A stretch of DNA of 64,000 nt from Candidatus Zhuqueibacterota bacterium (GCA_049322915.1 JBMOPW010000034.1:424567-488566); one strand, 5' to 3'. Shown: positions 39,799 to 50,828, counted from the first letter of the stretch. Notes: generated from the sequence alone by a model not told the origin. Program-made: numbers and translations.

Positions 39799-39995
39799 AA
39801 CTGTCGTTGAGTTTTTTTCTTTCTAATTGTTCAGATGAAATGCAAAATCAAACTTAGTTTTATCTGCTTAATTGAAAATCATGTACCATTCAGGTTATCC
39901 CGCTTCCTTCAGAAAAACAATGAATAATGCGGGCTAAATTATATTCTGTAATTTTTTCAGGACAAGACAATCGGCGCGTCCCATTGGCCATCATC

Positions 39996-42176
39996 TCAGA
40001 AATAATACAGATACTTCAGCTTGAACACCCCGGCCCTGTCCACAACGTGCATCCGCTGCGGCAGTAATTCCCCGGATTCACCGAATTGTAAGCTCCGATC
40101 GCGGATATCATTGATGGCGAAATAGATCCAGCTTTTGGGAGAGAAATTGTACGAGAACAGCAGACCGAAGATGGCCTGTTCCACCTGTTCGCTGGAGCGC
40201 AGAAAGACATTATCCAGATACACGCGCACGTTCAGATTGTTAATTGGGGTCACCGACAGATGCGGGCGCGCGTTCAACGTGATGTCCTCCACAGCGCGAT
40301 CCGGATTGTACTCGATGAACATATTCACAATCGATCCAATTTGCAATGAATTGAAAATCAGGTAGTTGAGCTCCAGTGACGACCAGGAATAGGAGGCCAG
40401 GTAGCCACGGCTGAAATTATACGTTCGCGAATAGCCGCCGCCTAAAAAGGCATTCAGTTTGGGATTGACATTGGACCATGAATTGAAATTCACCGTGTAC
40501 GAACTGAACCGGACGCCTCCATCCTTCGCGTCGCCTCCATCCAGGCTGATCTCGAATCCCCAGTTATCCCGAAATTGCATGTTATACCCGAGCGCGCCGC
40601 CATAGTCAGTGTAATTGTCCACTTTTTCATAGTCTAAATACCCACCTCCATAGATGAGGATGGAGCGGATATAACCATCCTGAAAATACCAGCGCGGGCC
40701 GGCAATACCGACAAATTCGCCAGTCCCCTTCCAGGGCACAAATCCGACCTGATCGATGTCAAAATTATCGCCGATGTAGCGGCCGCGGATGAGCACCATG
40801 GACTTCTCCGAAAACATCAAAAAGCCGGCTGAGCCGCCAAAATCGCCCTGGTTATTTTTGAATGACCTCGCGATCTGATAGGCAAGCTGCCAACTGGATG
40901 TTCGAAAGGCGCCATCGATATCGATCACACCATTATCCTCGGTTTGCGAGTGTTTCCCGACGATCATCATGCCGACCGATGAGTTGCCCAGTATCTGTTT
41001 TTTCACACGCGCCGAGCCAAAATACGCCTGATCTTCGGTGCAGTCCTCCCCATCCAGGCGATAGTCTGTCTTGCCTGTGACGGCCATGAAACCACCATAT
41101 TCCCAGGTATTCATCCGACCGAATGCTTTGGTCCCGAACACCAGCGGGACCTCGTTGCCATCGGGCAATTTTTTACCGATGCGCCGGGAATAAAATAATT
41201 CCATTGGCCGATAAAAACCGGTATTCCGCTGCCGTCCCGACGCCATAAAAATTTCATTGCCTTCGGTGAAAAAAGGCCGGCGCTCCGAGAAATAGGATTC
41301 GTAGCGGGAGATGTTGAATTCGAACGGATCTGCCTCGATCTGAGCAAAGTCCGGATTGGCGGTAAGCTGAAATGTGAGTTCCGGCGAGGGATTGTAGAAA
41401 ATATCCAGACCAGCGTCAGGATCTGTTTTGTAGCTGTTATCGCCCTGATAGGTTGATTTGGCAATCGCCACCGGATAAATTTCCAGATGCAATCCCTTCA
41501 CTGTCGGCCGGAAATCGTTGAAGACGAGCCGTCCGAATTTTGAAATGCGCTGGCCTTCATTCTCTTCGTAACTGCACCAGTAAATATCCTCGTTGCGAAC
41601 CGGCATCCATCGATCAAAATCCAGTCCCCATTCGACAATCGTCGCGTCGTACTGAATCGATTTATAGGGGATTTCCATTTCAACGACAAATCCCCAGGGA
41701 TAGATTTTCGAGCCGGAAAACCAGATACCATCCCAGGAATAATCCCGGTTGCGGGCGTCATCCAGCAGCCGGCAATCGGCTTTCACGCCGGTCGCCGAGA
41801 CTGCAAACTTGTAGGCAGTCTGCTTGTTATCAAATGTATCGAGCATTAGCGAGACGATATCGCCGCCGGACTCGTCCAGTTTGCCCTTCTGCTTCTGGAT
41901 ATTGGCCTCATCATCGTAGCAGATCATCATGCAATAGAGGGCGTCCTCCGATGTCACCAGCCTGGCCACGGTTCTGCGCGTCGCCTGTTGGTTGTGATAG
42001 GGCTGCTGCTGAATGAAGTCTGAGACCGAATCGGCCGAGGCCCAGGCCGGATCGATGATGCCATCGACGGAAATAGGCTCCGTCACTTTTCGCAATATCA
42101 ACTGTTTGGATTGATCGGCAGCGACTGCCGAAGTAAACAGCAAGACGCCCAACATCGTTGCGAGATAGGTTTTCAT
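39996..42176 (-). CDS. Outer-membrane CBM9-like/DUF5916 family protein
   Basis: Signal peptide; VDG.ID..W, W...E.EIP and NPDFAQIEAD...ERRPFF.EG motifs; C-terminal KLKYLYYF. Confidence 0.8.
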   Translation of the reverse strand: MKTYLATMLGVLLFTSAVAADQSKQLILRKVTEPISVDGIIDPAWASADSVSDFIQQQPYHNQQATRRTVARLVTSEDALYCMMICYDDEANIQKQKGKLDESGGDIVSLMLDTFDNKQTAYKFAVSATGVKADCRLLDDARNRDYSWDGIWFSGSKIYPWGFVVEMEIPYKSIQYDATIVEWGLDFDRWMPVRNEDIYWCSYEENEGQRISKFGRLVFNDFRPTVKGLHLEIYPVAIAKSTYQGDNSYKTDPDAGLDIFYNPSPELTFQLTANPDFAQIEADPFEFNISRYESYFSERRPFFTEGNEIFMASGRQRNTGFYRPMELFYSRRIGKKLPDGNEVPLVFGTKAFGRMNTWEYGGFMAVTGKTDYRLDGEDCTEDQAYFGSARVKKQILGNSSVGMMIVGKHSQTEDNGVIDIDGAFRTSSWQLAYQIARSFKNNQGDFGGSAGFLMFSEKSMVLIRGRYIGDNFDIDQVGFVPWKGTGEFVGIAGPRWYFQDGYIRSILIYGGGYLDYEKVDNYTDYGGALGYNMQFRDNWGFEISLDGGDAKDGGVRFSSYTVNFNSWSNVNPKLNAFLGGGYSRTYNFSRGYLASYSWSSLELNYLIFNSLQIGSIVNMFIEYNPDRAVEDITLNARPHLSVTPINNLNVRVYLDNVFLRSSEQVEQAIFGLLFSYNFSPKSWIYFAINDIRDRSLQFGESGELLPQRMHVVDRAGVFKLKYLYYF

Positions 42177-42503
42177 TTCAACTCCCTTGACAGTGATTGG
42201 GGTTACTGGATTTCGGTGGCAATTTGTCCAGAGTTACGACCGAAAATGAGTGAGGTTTCATTTTTTTTAAAATGCGTCGCGATGATTCCCTGTGGTACTT
42301 CGGTGAAAAGGATGGCTATCCTTCCTGGGGTATCCAATAGCAGATAGGAGTTTTTTCTGAAATGAAATTGAAACACGTCATGCCCTGAACTTGTCATGTA
42401 ACAAAAATGACAAGACCGTCGTACATGCAGATAACAAAAATAAGAACGCAGCTAAACCATTTATACAATTTGTTATTGAACAAAGTCTTAGAGAGGCGCC
42501 ATC

Positions 42504-43772
42504 ATGTCCAGGAAAAAAATCATAATTGGCTCGGCAATCATCGTCGTCATCGCTGTCATTGCTATTGCTATTTCACAAAAGAAAAACGGCGACTCGAACA
42601 TCCCGGTTCAGACCGAAAAAGTGAAGCGGCAAAAGATAGTGGAAACCGTGACGGCAACCGGCCGAATTCAACCGAAAACCCAGGTTAAAATCAGCGCCGA
42701 TGTGGCAGCTAAAATCACCAAGCTTCCGGTTGTCGAAGGCGAATGGGTGGAGCAGGGCAAGCTGCTGGTGCAGTTGGATCGGGAGCGATTTTTAGCCTCC
42801 GTCGAAAGCGCTGAGGCCAATTTAAAAGCGGCCGAATCCAACGCCTCGTTAGCCAGGGAAAACATGTTTAAAGCGGAGAAGGATTTCAATCGGACAAAAG
42901 AGCTCTTCGACCGGAGCCTTGAGTCGCAGGCCAGCCTGGACCAGACCTATGCGACCGACAAAGCCGAGAAAGCCCGCTATAATTCTTCACTACAGCAAGT
43001 GGAACAGGCGCGGGCTGTCCTGAAACAGGCGCGTGATGATTTATCCAAAACAACGATCTACGCGCCCATGACCGGTACCATCAGCAAACTGAACAAGGAA
43101 GTTGGCGAAATTGCCCTGGGCTCACAGTTTCAGGAAGATGTGATCATGATAATCTCCAATCTCGCCGGCATGGAAGCCCTGGTGAATGTGGACGAGAATG
43201 ACATTGTGTCCATGTCCATTGGCGACAGCGCCCTTATCGAAGTGGACGCCCTACCGAATGAGGTATTCAAAGGGACAGTGAGCGAAATAGCCAGCAGCGC
43301 GACCATTACCGGCTCCGGCACCACAGATCAGAAAACGGAATTCGAGGTGAAAATTTCCATCATTGATCCCGGTAAAAAATTACGCCCGGGCATGACCGCC
43401 AGCAGCGACGTCATCACCGAAACCAGGGCTCTGGCGCTGGCAGTCCCCATTCAGTGTGTGACCGTGCGAACGCCGGATCAACTCAGGAAAAAAGCCGAGC
43501 CACCCAAAGGTGAAACAGCCATAGCCGACACAGCAAAGACATCCCCTTACACACCTGATAAAGATGGATTTGTGTCCATTGTGTTTGTTGTGGACAAGGG
43601 CAAAACCAACGCCGTTCAGGTCAAAACCGGAATCCAGAGCGATACACACATTGAAATCATTGAAGGATTGGCTGAAGGCGACGAAGTCGTCACCGGCAGT
43701 TATCGGGCCATCAGTCAGACGCTTCAGCCCGAATCAGCCGTCACCGTACAAAATGAACCGCCAAAAAAATAG
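42504..43772 (+). CDS. Efflux periplasmic adaptor (MFP, MacA/HlyD-like)
   Basis: N-terminal anchor, lipoyl halves (ATGRI..ISA..; TTIYAPMTGTI), coiled-coil hairpin, LRPGMTA and GLAEGDEVV. Confidence 0.92.
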   Translation: MSRKKIIIGSAIIVVIAVIAIAISQKKNGDSNIPVQTEKVKRQKIVETVTATGRIQPKTQVKISADVAAKITKLPVVEGEWVEQGKLLVQLDRERFLASVESAEANLKAAESNASLARENMFKAEKDFNRTKELFDRSLESQASLDQTYATDKAEKARYNSSLQQVEQARAVLKQARDDLSKTTIYAPMTGTISKLNKEVGEIALGSQFQEDVIMIISNLAGMEALVNVDENDIVSMSIGDSALIEVDALPNEVFKGTVSEIASSATITGSGTTDQKTEFEVKISIIDPGKKLRPGMTASSDVITETRALALAVPIQCVTVRTPDQLRKKAEPPKGETAIADTAKTSPYTPDKDGFVSIVFVVDKGKTNAVQVKTGIQSDTHIEIIEGLAEGDEVVTGSYRAISQTLQPESAVTVQNEPPKK

Positions 43773-43784
43773 TGGACTCTTCCC

Positions 43785-45020
43785 ATGCGCTCAATTCATG
43801 AAAAAATCGAATCGTTCCATATCGCCTTTTCCGCCATTAAGGAAAATAAAACCCGCGGCATACTCACCGCTCTGGGAATTGTGATCGGCATTTTAGCGGT
43901 TGTCACTACCATGACAGTGGCCAATGGTCTCGGCAATAATTTCAAACAGAGCATTTCGGCCATTGGTTCGGATGTTTTGTACGTCTCCCGCATGCCCTGG
44001 ATCATCACCGGGAACTTTTTCGAATTCCGCAATCGACCGAACGTGACCTACAAGCAGGGAGAAAAACTCGATGAGACGTTGAAGCACGCCAAAGCAGTGA
44101 TTCCTTCGACCGGAACGCAGACCAACATCAAATTTCAATCGAACGTAATGGAGAATGTGCCCGTCGTTGGCACCACAGAAGAGCAGTTGATGATCTCCAA
44201 TGCCGTGCCGGATGCGGGTCGGTTTTTGACGCCGATAGATGTTCAATCCAAGAAATTCGCGTGCGTCATCGGATCGGAGATCAGGGAACAGCTATTCAAA
44301 AGCGTGGATCCGCTCAATAAAAAATTGAAGGTCGGGCGCTACGACTTCAGGATCGTCGGCGTCATGGAAAAACAGGGCAGCGCTGGTATTTTCGGCGGAC
44401 CGAATTTTGACCGGCAAATAATTATCCCCATCACCACGTTCATCAAAGCGTACGGCAGCTACAATCGGCCGTTCAATATTGCCGTCAAAGCGCCCAGCCA
44501 GGAATTGATGGACGATTTCCGATACGAGATCATCGGAGAGATGCGCAAGATTCGAAAACAGAAACCGACAGAGCCGGATAATTTTTCCATCAACACCATG
44601 GACACGCTGATGAACGCGTACAACAACGTGATGGGCGTGGTCATTCTCATCGGGCTGATCATCACCAGCGTGTCGCTTTTCGTCGGCGGGATCGGCGTCA
44701 TGAATATCATGTTCGTCTCGGTCACGGAGCGCACCCGGGAGATTGGCGTTCGAAAAGCGCTGGGCGCAAAGCGCCGGGTGATTTTGACGCAATTTCTCAT
44801 CGAGTCATCCGCCATCTGTCTCACCGGGGGCGCGCTGGGATTGATCGCGTCATTCGTCGTGGCCGCGCTGATCAATAAATTTTTACTGCCGGCCGCAGTG
44901 TCAGTGACGATCGCCGTGGTGGCGCTCATCATCTCCATTCTGGTAGGAGTGTTAGCCGGCATCATTCCGGCATTCCGCGCTTCGAAGCTGGATCCCATCG
45001 AAGCGCTGCGTTACGAGTAA
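43785..45020 (+). CDS. MacB/FtsX-like ABC transporter permease
   Basis: GGIGVMNIMFVSVTERTREIGVRKALGA; PAFRASKLDPIEALRYE. Confidence 0.93.
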   Translation: MRSIHEKIESFHIAFSAIKENKTRGILTALGIVIGILAVVTTMTVANGLGNNFKQSISAIGSDVLYVSRMPWIITGNFFEFRNRPNVTYKQGEKLDETLKHAKAVIPSTGTQTNIKFQSNVMENVPVVGTTEEQLMISNAVPDAGRFLTPIDVQSKKFACVIGSEIREQLFKSVDPLNKKLKVGRYDFRIVGVMEKQGSAGIFGGPNFDRQIIIPITTFIKAYGSYNRPFNIAVKAPSQELMDDFRYEIIGEMRKIRKQKPTEPDNFSINTMDTLMNAYNNVMGVVILIGLIITSVSLFVGGIGVMNIMFVSVTERTREIGVRKALGAKRRVILTQFLIESSAICLTGGALGLIASFVVAALINKFLLPAAVSVTIAVVALIISILVGVLAGIIPAFRASKLDPIEALRYE

Positions 45021-45097
45021 CGATAACAAAATCAGGCTTCACGTCGAGGCGGTTCGAATCAACGTGGAGTCAGGAGAACCCATTTCATCAAAACCAA

Positions 45098-46354
45098 TTG
45101 GGTGGCCTTATGTACGTCGCTGAAGCTTTTAAAATGGCTGTCGCCGCCATCATGTCGCACAAGCTGCGATCGTTTTTGACGCTCATCGGCATCATCGCCG
45201 GCGTGGCGTCCATCATCGCCGTGATGACAGGGATTTCCGTCATCCAGACCACGATTGAGAAAGAGATATCGGTGCTGGGTACGCAGACCTTCCAGGTTCA
45301 GAAATGGGCGTCCGGCCCGACGTCTCAGGAAGAGATGCGAAAAATAATGCTGCGCCGGCCCACAACAGTGGAGCATGCCAACGCCATCCGGGAAAAAGTG
45401 CCGACGGTGGATCTGGTGGGCGCTGAGCTGTGGAGCTTCGGGCACATTGCCAAATATGGGGATACAGCGACTAACTCCAATCTGACCATCTGCGGCGGCA
45501 CGCCGGAATATTCGGAAAACAATACTCATTACGTCCAGTTTGGCTCCAACCTCTCTCACGAAGATGTGCATGTTGGCAGAGACGTGGCGCTCATCGGCCA
45601 CGCCATTGCCGAAACGCTGTTTCCGTGGACAGACCCGCTGCAAAAGACCATCAAAATTGACGGCCGGAAGTTCCGCGTCATTGGCGTGCTGCAGGAGAAA
45701 AGCTCATCGATGGGCGGCAATTTCGACAATTATCTGATTATTCCCATCACGCGATTCAAACAGATTTATGGAATGCGCGACCAGCGCGGTTTCGATCGCT
45801 CGGTCAACATCACGGTTCGCGCAAAGTCGCCGCAATTGCTGTACGACGCCATCGATCAAACGCGGGCTGTGATGCGGATGGAGCGCGGCCTGAAACCGAG
45901 CGAGGAAGATGACTTCACCATTTTCACCAATGACAGCAACGTGAAAGCCTTCAATGAGCAGGTCGCCGGCATTAAAGTTGGGGCATTTGTCATCGGCATT
46001 GTCGCCCTGATCGTCGCTGGCATCGGCATTATGAACATCATGTTCGTCTCGGTCACCGAACGAACCCACGAGATCGGCATCCGAAAATCGCTCGGCGCAA
46101 AGCGAAAAAATATCCTGATGCAGTTCCTGCTGGAAGCGATCATTCTCTGCAACATCGGCGGATTTTTCGGCGTGGCAGTCGGTTTCGGCCTCGGCAATAT
46201 CGTGAGCCTGTTGACCAACTTCGCCGCCCACGTGCCGATGGAATGGGCGATCGTCGGTCTGCTTTTCTGTACAGGAGTGGGACTGACGTTCGGATTCTGG
46301 CCGGCGTTCAAAGCATCGAAATTGGATCCCATCGTGGCATTGCGCTACGAATGA
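45098..46354 (+). CDS. MacB/FtsX-like ABC transporter permease
   Basis: GIGIMNIMFVSVTERTHEIGIRKSLGA; PAFKASKLDPIVALRYE. Confidence 0.93.
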   Translation: MGGLMYVAEAFKMAVAAIMSHKLRSFLTLIGIIAGVASIIAVMTGISVIQTTIEKEISVLGTQTFQVQKWASGPTSQEEMRKIMLRRPTTVEHANAIREKVPTVDLVGAELWSFGHIAKYGDTATNSNLTICGGTPEYSENNTHYVQFGSNLSHEDVHVGRDVALIGHAIAETLFPWTDPLQKTIKIDGRKFRVIGVLQEKSSSMGGNFDNYLIIPITRFKQIYGMRDQRGFDRSVNITVRAKSPQLLYDAIDQTRAVMRMERGLKPSEEDDFTIFTNDSNVKAFNEQVAGIKVGAFVIGIVALIVAGIGIMNIMFVSVTERTHEIGIRKSLGAKRKNILMQFLLEAIILCNIGGFFGVAVGFGLGNIVSLLTNFAAHVPMEWAIVGLLFCTGVGLTFGFWPAFKASKLDPIVALRYE

Positions 46355-46470
46355 AATGAGACCGCACCGGGCCAACGACGATTCCCCGATAACTTTGAAT
46401 TTTCGTTGGCCTGAAACGCGGTGCCATCCTACGCGCTTCGCTGGAGCAAAACCTCCCCGTACCAATCAAA

Positions 46471-46596
46471 GTATCGACTCAGGTTCAGGGTTTCAAGGTT
46501 CCCGGTTCCGGGTTAAAAAGAATTTTTGTCGCTATTCAGGCGTGTCGTCTTGCTACGAAGTCACCAAGCCACAAAGCTTTGTGGCTGAGCGGTTAC
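46471..46596. mobile_element. 126-bp miniature element of the GTAAC..TCAG TIR family
   Basis: Ends GTATCGACTCAG / CTGAGCGGTTAC; flanks CAATCAAA and AAATCAAA (7/8). Confidence 0.6.
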
Positions 46597-46746
46597 AAAT
46601 CAAAAATAACCGCTGGTGCATCAGATCCCCTTGCGCCAGCCATCCCATCGTTCACCGCTGTTTAATCCATGCCTTTCACCCCGACATTTTTTTCAGGCAA
46701 ATCCGACATCATTTTAGAAAATTGTCTTGACATTTAGACAAGAATT

Positions 46747-47862
46747 TTGTTTCTTGACTTCTTAATAAAACCAAATCATAGTAAAGGACACGATATGGAA
46801 AAATCCCAACTCCAGGCCATTGTGCAGCAAAAAAAAGATCGGATTCATCTCATCAGTCCGGCGTACGGCGGCAACATCCCGGTCGTTGCAGTGAGCGGCG
46901 CGTCCCTCGCCGAGGCATGGGAGAACGCCATGCTGGGGCTTTATTTGTACGGCTGCGAAATTCGGACTCAATACGATGCGAAAGATAAGTTGGGCAATTA
47001 CATCGATCCGCCGAGCCGCGACTGCTCCATTCTGATATCCATCGAACAGCCGGCGTCCGAGCCGATGATCCACCTGGGCGGGATTCCCGGCGGATTCGAA
47101 GACCTCGAGGAGTACGTGCAGGAAGTGCGCGATGGCATCAAAGATCACTGGATTCGCAATCCGCTCGATCCGCAGGATACCAAATGGCAATACACCTATC
47201 ACGGACGCTTATTCACCTACGAGGCGCCTCTCAGCGAATTTGACCGAGTGCTCTGCAGCCTGCCTGAGAGTGAAAAGAAAAAATTCCATCAATTCGAGAC
47301 CGCGCATTTTCTGCTGGATCATGACTATGTCACGCTGGTCGAAAAAGAGATCGGCGGAAAGTCATTCCCCTTTGTCCAGATCAACCAGATTCAATACGTC
47401 ATCGAAAAGCTCTCCAAACAACCGTTCACGCGACAGGCGCAGGCCATCACGTGGCAGCCGTACATGGACACAGATATTTACGACCCGGCCTGCCTGCAAA
47501 GCATGTGGTTCCGCATTTTGAATGATGAGTTCGGCGAGCCGACGCTCAATATGAACATCCGTTTCCGCAGCCGGGACGCCTACGACGCCTCGTTCATGAA
47601 TTGCTTCGCCTTCATCCACGTCATGGAATATGTGGCCAAACAGGTGGGCGAGCGACTCAACCGTCCGATTAAAATTGGCCGGTACATTGACGAATCGGAT
47701 TCATTTCACATCTACGGAAAACGCATCGCTGACTTTGAGGGGCGATTCCTGTCCAATCTGATTAGTCGCGATTTCGAGCAGCGCACCTTCTCGCGCGAGG
47801 ATGCTCAGCCCTATTTCGAAGAGAGAAGGCGGAAGCTGGAAGAGGTATTCGGCAAGAAATAA
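46747..47862 (+). CDS. Thymidylate synthase-family protein (ThyA-like); likely start is the ATG at 46794
   Basis: YTYHGRL, TRQAQAITW, catalytic PACLQ, FRSRD...FMN and SFHIY. Confidence 0.8.
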   Translation: MFLDFLIKPNHSKGHDMEKSQLQAIVQQKKDRIHLISPAYGGNIPVVAVSGASLAEAWENAMLGLYLYGCEIRTQYDAKDKLGNYIDPPSRDCSILISIEQPASEPMIHLGGIPGGFEDLEEYVQEVRDGIKDHWIRNPLDPQDTKWQYTYHGRLFTYEAPLSEFDRVLCSLPESEKKKFHQFETAHFLLDHDYVTLVEKEIGGKSFPFVQINQIQYVIEKLSKQPFTRQAQAITWQPYMDTDIYDPACLQSMWFRILNDEFGEPTLNMNIRFRSRDAYDASFMNCFAFIHVMEYVAKQVGERLNRPIKIGRYIDESDSFHIYGKRIADFEGRFLSNLISRDFEQRTFSREDAQPYFEERRRKLEEVFGKK

Positions 47863-47905
47863 AACGCAATTCTGATTTCACTTTTCAGACAAGCCAGAGG
47901 CATTC

Positions 47906-49459
47906 ATGAAAATTGTTTTCAAACTCGTGTTCATTTTCACTGCTTCGTTGATTCTCATTGGCTCCGTGTGCAAGCGCGAACACCCCGGCACCAAAGAGGC
48001 GCGCGGTTTGTGGGTCACCCGCTGGGAATGGGCTGTTGGTTCGGATTCGAACCGCGTCGAGGCGCAAAAGCAGCGCATCACCTACATCTTTGACATAGCT
48101 AAAAAAGCGAAATTCAATTTCATCCTGTTCCAGATTCGCGGCAACGGCGACGCCTTCTACCCTTCCGCGCTCGAACCGTGGTCCGACCTGCTCACCGGGA
48201 CCTTTGGCGCGGACCCCGGCTGGGATCCCCTCCAATACGCTCTCAGTGAAGCGCATCTTCGGGGACTGGAATTGCACGTCTGGTTCAATGTTTTTCCGGC
48301 CTGGCGCGGCGCGGCGCCGCCGCCTCATACCACGCCGGACCAGGTTTACAACGCCCATCCGGAATGGATTGTCTGCGACAAAGATGGCCGTCCCATGCCG
48401 CTCAATTCCCATTATGTCAATCTGAGTCCGGGGATTCCGGCAGCCCGCGATTTCATTCATCGCGTCGCCATGGACATTGTCGCACGATACGATATCGATG
48501 GATTTCATTTCGACTACATCCGCTACCCGGAGGGCTCCAACAGTCTCGGTTACTCCCAGGATTCTGTGAGTTTACGGCTGTTCAATTCGCCGGAAGGGAA
48601 TCCGCAGCAGTTGAATTGGGAGAACTGGCAGCGGGAGAACATCAATATATTCGTTCGGAAATTTTACGACGAAGCCACTCTCCTGAAATCCTGGCTGAAA
48701 ATATCCGCCGCTGTCATCGGAAAATACGACTACAGCAGTTGGAATGGTTTTCACATCGTCTATCAGGATGCGCGGCGATGGGTTGCCGAGGGCAAAATCG
48801 ATTTCATTATCCCGATGATTTACTGGCAGATGAATCACCCCACAGCGCCGTTCGGAACCATTGTGAAAAATTGGTTTGATGCGCCCCACGAGCGATATAT
48901 TTTCCCGGGCATTTCGGTCAATAAATTGGGCGCTGCGGATTGGCCTCTGGAAGAGGCAGCCAGACAGGTCGCCTTCACACTCGAAAATGGCGGCAACGGC
49001 GTGGTCTTTTTCAGCTTCAGCGGCCTGAAAAAGGCCATGAATCAGTTCGATCATCGCGGATTTCATTATCTGAGCAATCTGCCGGCCATGAGCTGGAAGG
49101 ATGATAAATCCCCGCTCGATCCCCGTAATGTGCGCTCAACATTCACATCTGCCGGCAACCTGCTGCTGATCTGGAGTCCGCCGGACAGTCTGGTGGAGCC
49201 CACCGATGTCCGTCGCTACAATATTTATCGCTCCCTGCAGACGCCGGTGGATATCAGCGATGCGCGCAATCTCATTCAAATCACGGCTGCGCCGGATACG
49301 TTTTTCCTGGACACGCAGATCGAGCCGGGACAAAATTATTATTACGTCGTCACAGCGCTGGACAGGGTCAATAACGAAAGCCCGCCGTCCAATGAAATCC
49401 GCGTGGCAACGCCGCATTTTGTTTTTACCCGGCGCGCCAAAGAACTGACGATGGATTGA
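47906..49459 (+). CDS. GHL10/DUF187 glycoside-hydrolase-like protein with an Fn3 domain
   Basis: EARGLWV, WDPL...AH.RGLELH.W, YDIDGFHFDYIRYP and PMIYW; C-terminal Fn3 YYYVVTALDRVNNES. Confidence 0.88.
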   Translation: MKIVFKLVFIFTASLILIGSVCKREHPGTKEARGLWVTRWEWAVGSDSNRVEAQKQRITYIFDIAKKAKFNFILFQIRGNGDAFYPSALEPWSDLLTGTFGADPGWDPLQYALSEAHLRGLELHVWFNVFPAWRGAAPPPHTTPDQVYNAHPEWIVCDKDGRPMPLNSHYVNLSPGIPAARDFIHRVAMDIVARYDIDGFHFDYIRYPEGSNSLGYSQDSVSLRLFNSPEGNPQQLNWENWQRENINIFVRKFYDEATLLKSWLKISAAVIGKYDYSSWNGFHIVYQDARRWVAEGKIDFIIPMIYWQMNHPTAPFGTIVKNWFDAPHERYIFPGISVNKLGAADWPLEEAARQVAFTLENGGNGVVFFSFSGLKKAMNQFDHRGFHYLSNLPAMSWKDDKSPLDPRNVRSTFTSAGNLLLIWSPPDSLVEPTDVRRYNIYRSLQTPVDISDARNLIQITAAPDTFFLDTQIEPGQNYYYVVTALDRVNNESPPSNEIRVATPHFVFTRRAKELTMD

Positions 49460-49603
49460 ACGAATCTTAATTGTAATTGAAATCATGCGATGAATGATCG
49501 GTCAAAAGCAGGTTTGCTTCGTTCAGATAACCCGCCCATCGCAAGTAACGTGTCCGACCGATCATTCTCGGAATTTCCAAATCTATGAGAAGGAGGAACA
49601 GGT

Positions 49604-50770
49604 ATGAAGCGTCAAGCAAAATTTTGGCAAGTAACCGTTGTGTTAATTCTGGCAGTTATTTTTTCTTGCGGAGGAGATAATAATATGATAACCAATGTCA
49701 ATGATTTGGTGCGCATCATGAAGAAACAGACTCAAATCGTGGTGCTCGGCGACGAAGCCGGCGCGCTGCTGGCCATTGCTCCGGAGTACGGCGGAAAGGT
49801 CGTTGCGCTCGGGCTGGATGGACTGCCGGGCAAGAATCTGATCTGGCCAAACCCGGCCCTGGCCAAACCTGAGTTCTGGGCTGGTGAAACTCGGAACTGG
49901 AATATTGGCGGCGCGCGATCCTGGATTTCTCCTGAGGCCACGTTCTATCTGGATAAGCAGCAGAACTGGTTCGTCCCGGAAGTTATGGATCCCGGCAAAT
50001 ACACGCTCGATTCGCGCGAGGCAAACCGCGTGGTCTGTTCCAATGATTTTGAGATAACGAATGTCGTGGATCAGGTCTATCACCTCAAGCTCGTCCGCTC
50101 TGTGGAACTGTTGACCAGCCCGTCGGAAGAGTTAGCCCCGGGAGTGCGCTACGTCGGTTTGAAATTCACCCACGAGCTGTACAATCTGTCCGATGTCACC
50201 ATCGGGAAGGACGTTGACCATGTGGGGCTGTGGAGTCTCATTCAACTGGATACGGCTGGCACCATGATCATCCCGATCACACGGGATTCGAGCCGCGCCA
50301 ATATCACCGTGCGCGATTACGGTCCGAAAAATTTCAACACGGTTCCCCCTGAACGACTGGCGACAGGGGACGATTGGGCCTCGGTGAAAATCGACGGGAA
50401 ATTCCGTTGCAAACTGGGCATTGCGCCCTGGGCCGCGCGAAACGGAATCGCCTATCTCTCTTACAAGCATGGCAGCGACGAGGGCATTCTGTACCTGAAG
50501 CAGTTCCATGTGGATCCGGCCGGATTGTATCTCGACCGTCCCTGGGAGCGCGCCTATGACTACGGCGACGCCATTCAGATGTATAACGACGACGGTCGCT
50601 TTGGCGGATTCTGCGAGATTGAATGTCATGGCCCGGCAAAAGATCTGGCCCCCAACGAAAAATTGGAGCAGACGGTTACATTTTCTGTCTACGTTGGCAA
50701 TCTGGCTGCGTTGAAAACAATCGCCGGCGAGAAGCTTGGCGTGAATATGGATGAGGTGAAATTGTACTAA
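49604..50770 (+). CDS. Hypothetical lipoprotein (DUF6786-like)
   Basis: Lipobox-like IFSC; GGARSWISPE and YNDDG..GGFCEIE. Confidence 0.65.
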   Translation: MKRQAKFWQVTVVLILAVIFSCGGDNNMITNVNDLVRIMKKQTQIVVLGDEAGALLAIAPEYGGKVVALGLDGLPGKNLIWPNPALAKPEFWAGETRNWNIGGARSWISPEATFYLDKQQNWFVPEVMDPGKYTLDSREANRVVCSNDFEITNVVDQVYHLKLVRSVELLTSPSEELAPGVRYVGLKFTHELYNLSDVTIGKDVDHVGLWSLIQLDTAGTMIIPITRDSSRANITVRDYGPKNFNTVPPERLATGDDWASVKIDGKFRCKLGIAPWAARNGIAYLSYKHGSDEGILYLKQFHVDPAGLYLDRPWERAYDYGDAIQMYNDDGRFGGFCEIECHGPAKDLAPNEKLEQTVTFSVYVGNLAALKTIAGEKLGVNMDEVKLY

Positions 50771-50793
50771 TCCGTGGTGAAATCCATGAGCAG

Positions 50794-50828
50794 GCCTGAC
50801 CGCAATGCATCGCGGCCAGGCTTTTTTT
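50794..50828 (+). terminator. Intrinsic terminator
   Basis: GCCTGACCGC...GCGGCCAGGC followed by a T-run, between convergent genes. Confidence 0.65.

Noticed and set aside
42504..46354. Efflux cluster lacking ATPase and TolC genes, considered as a novel transporter
   Set aside because: These partners are commonly encoded elsewhere in the genome, and nothing here indicates novelty.
46747..47862. ThyA-like gene as a phage-type DNA-modification enzyme
   Set aside because: It retains the Asn of dUMP-specific enzymes and lies among housekeeping genes with no modification cluster.
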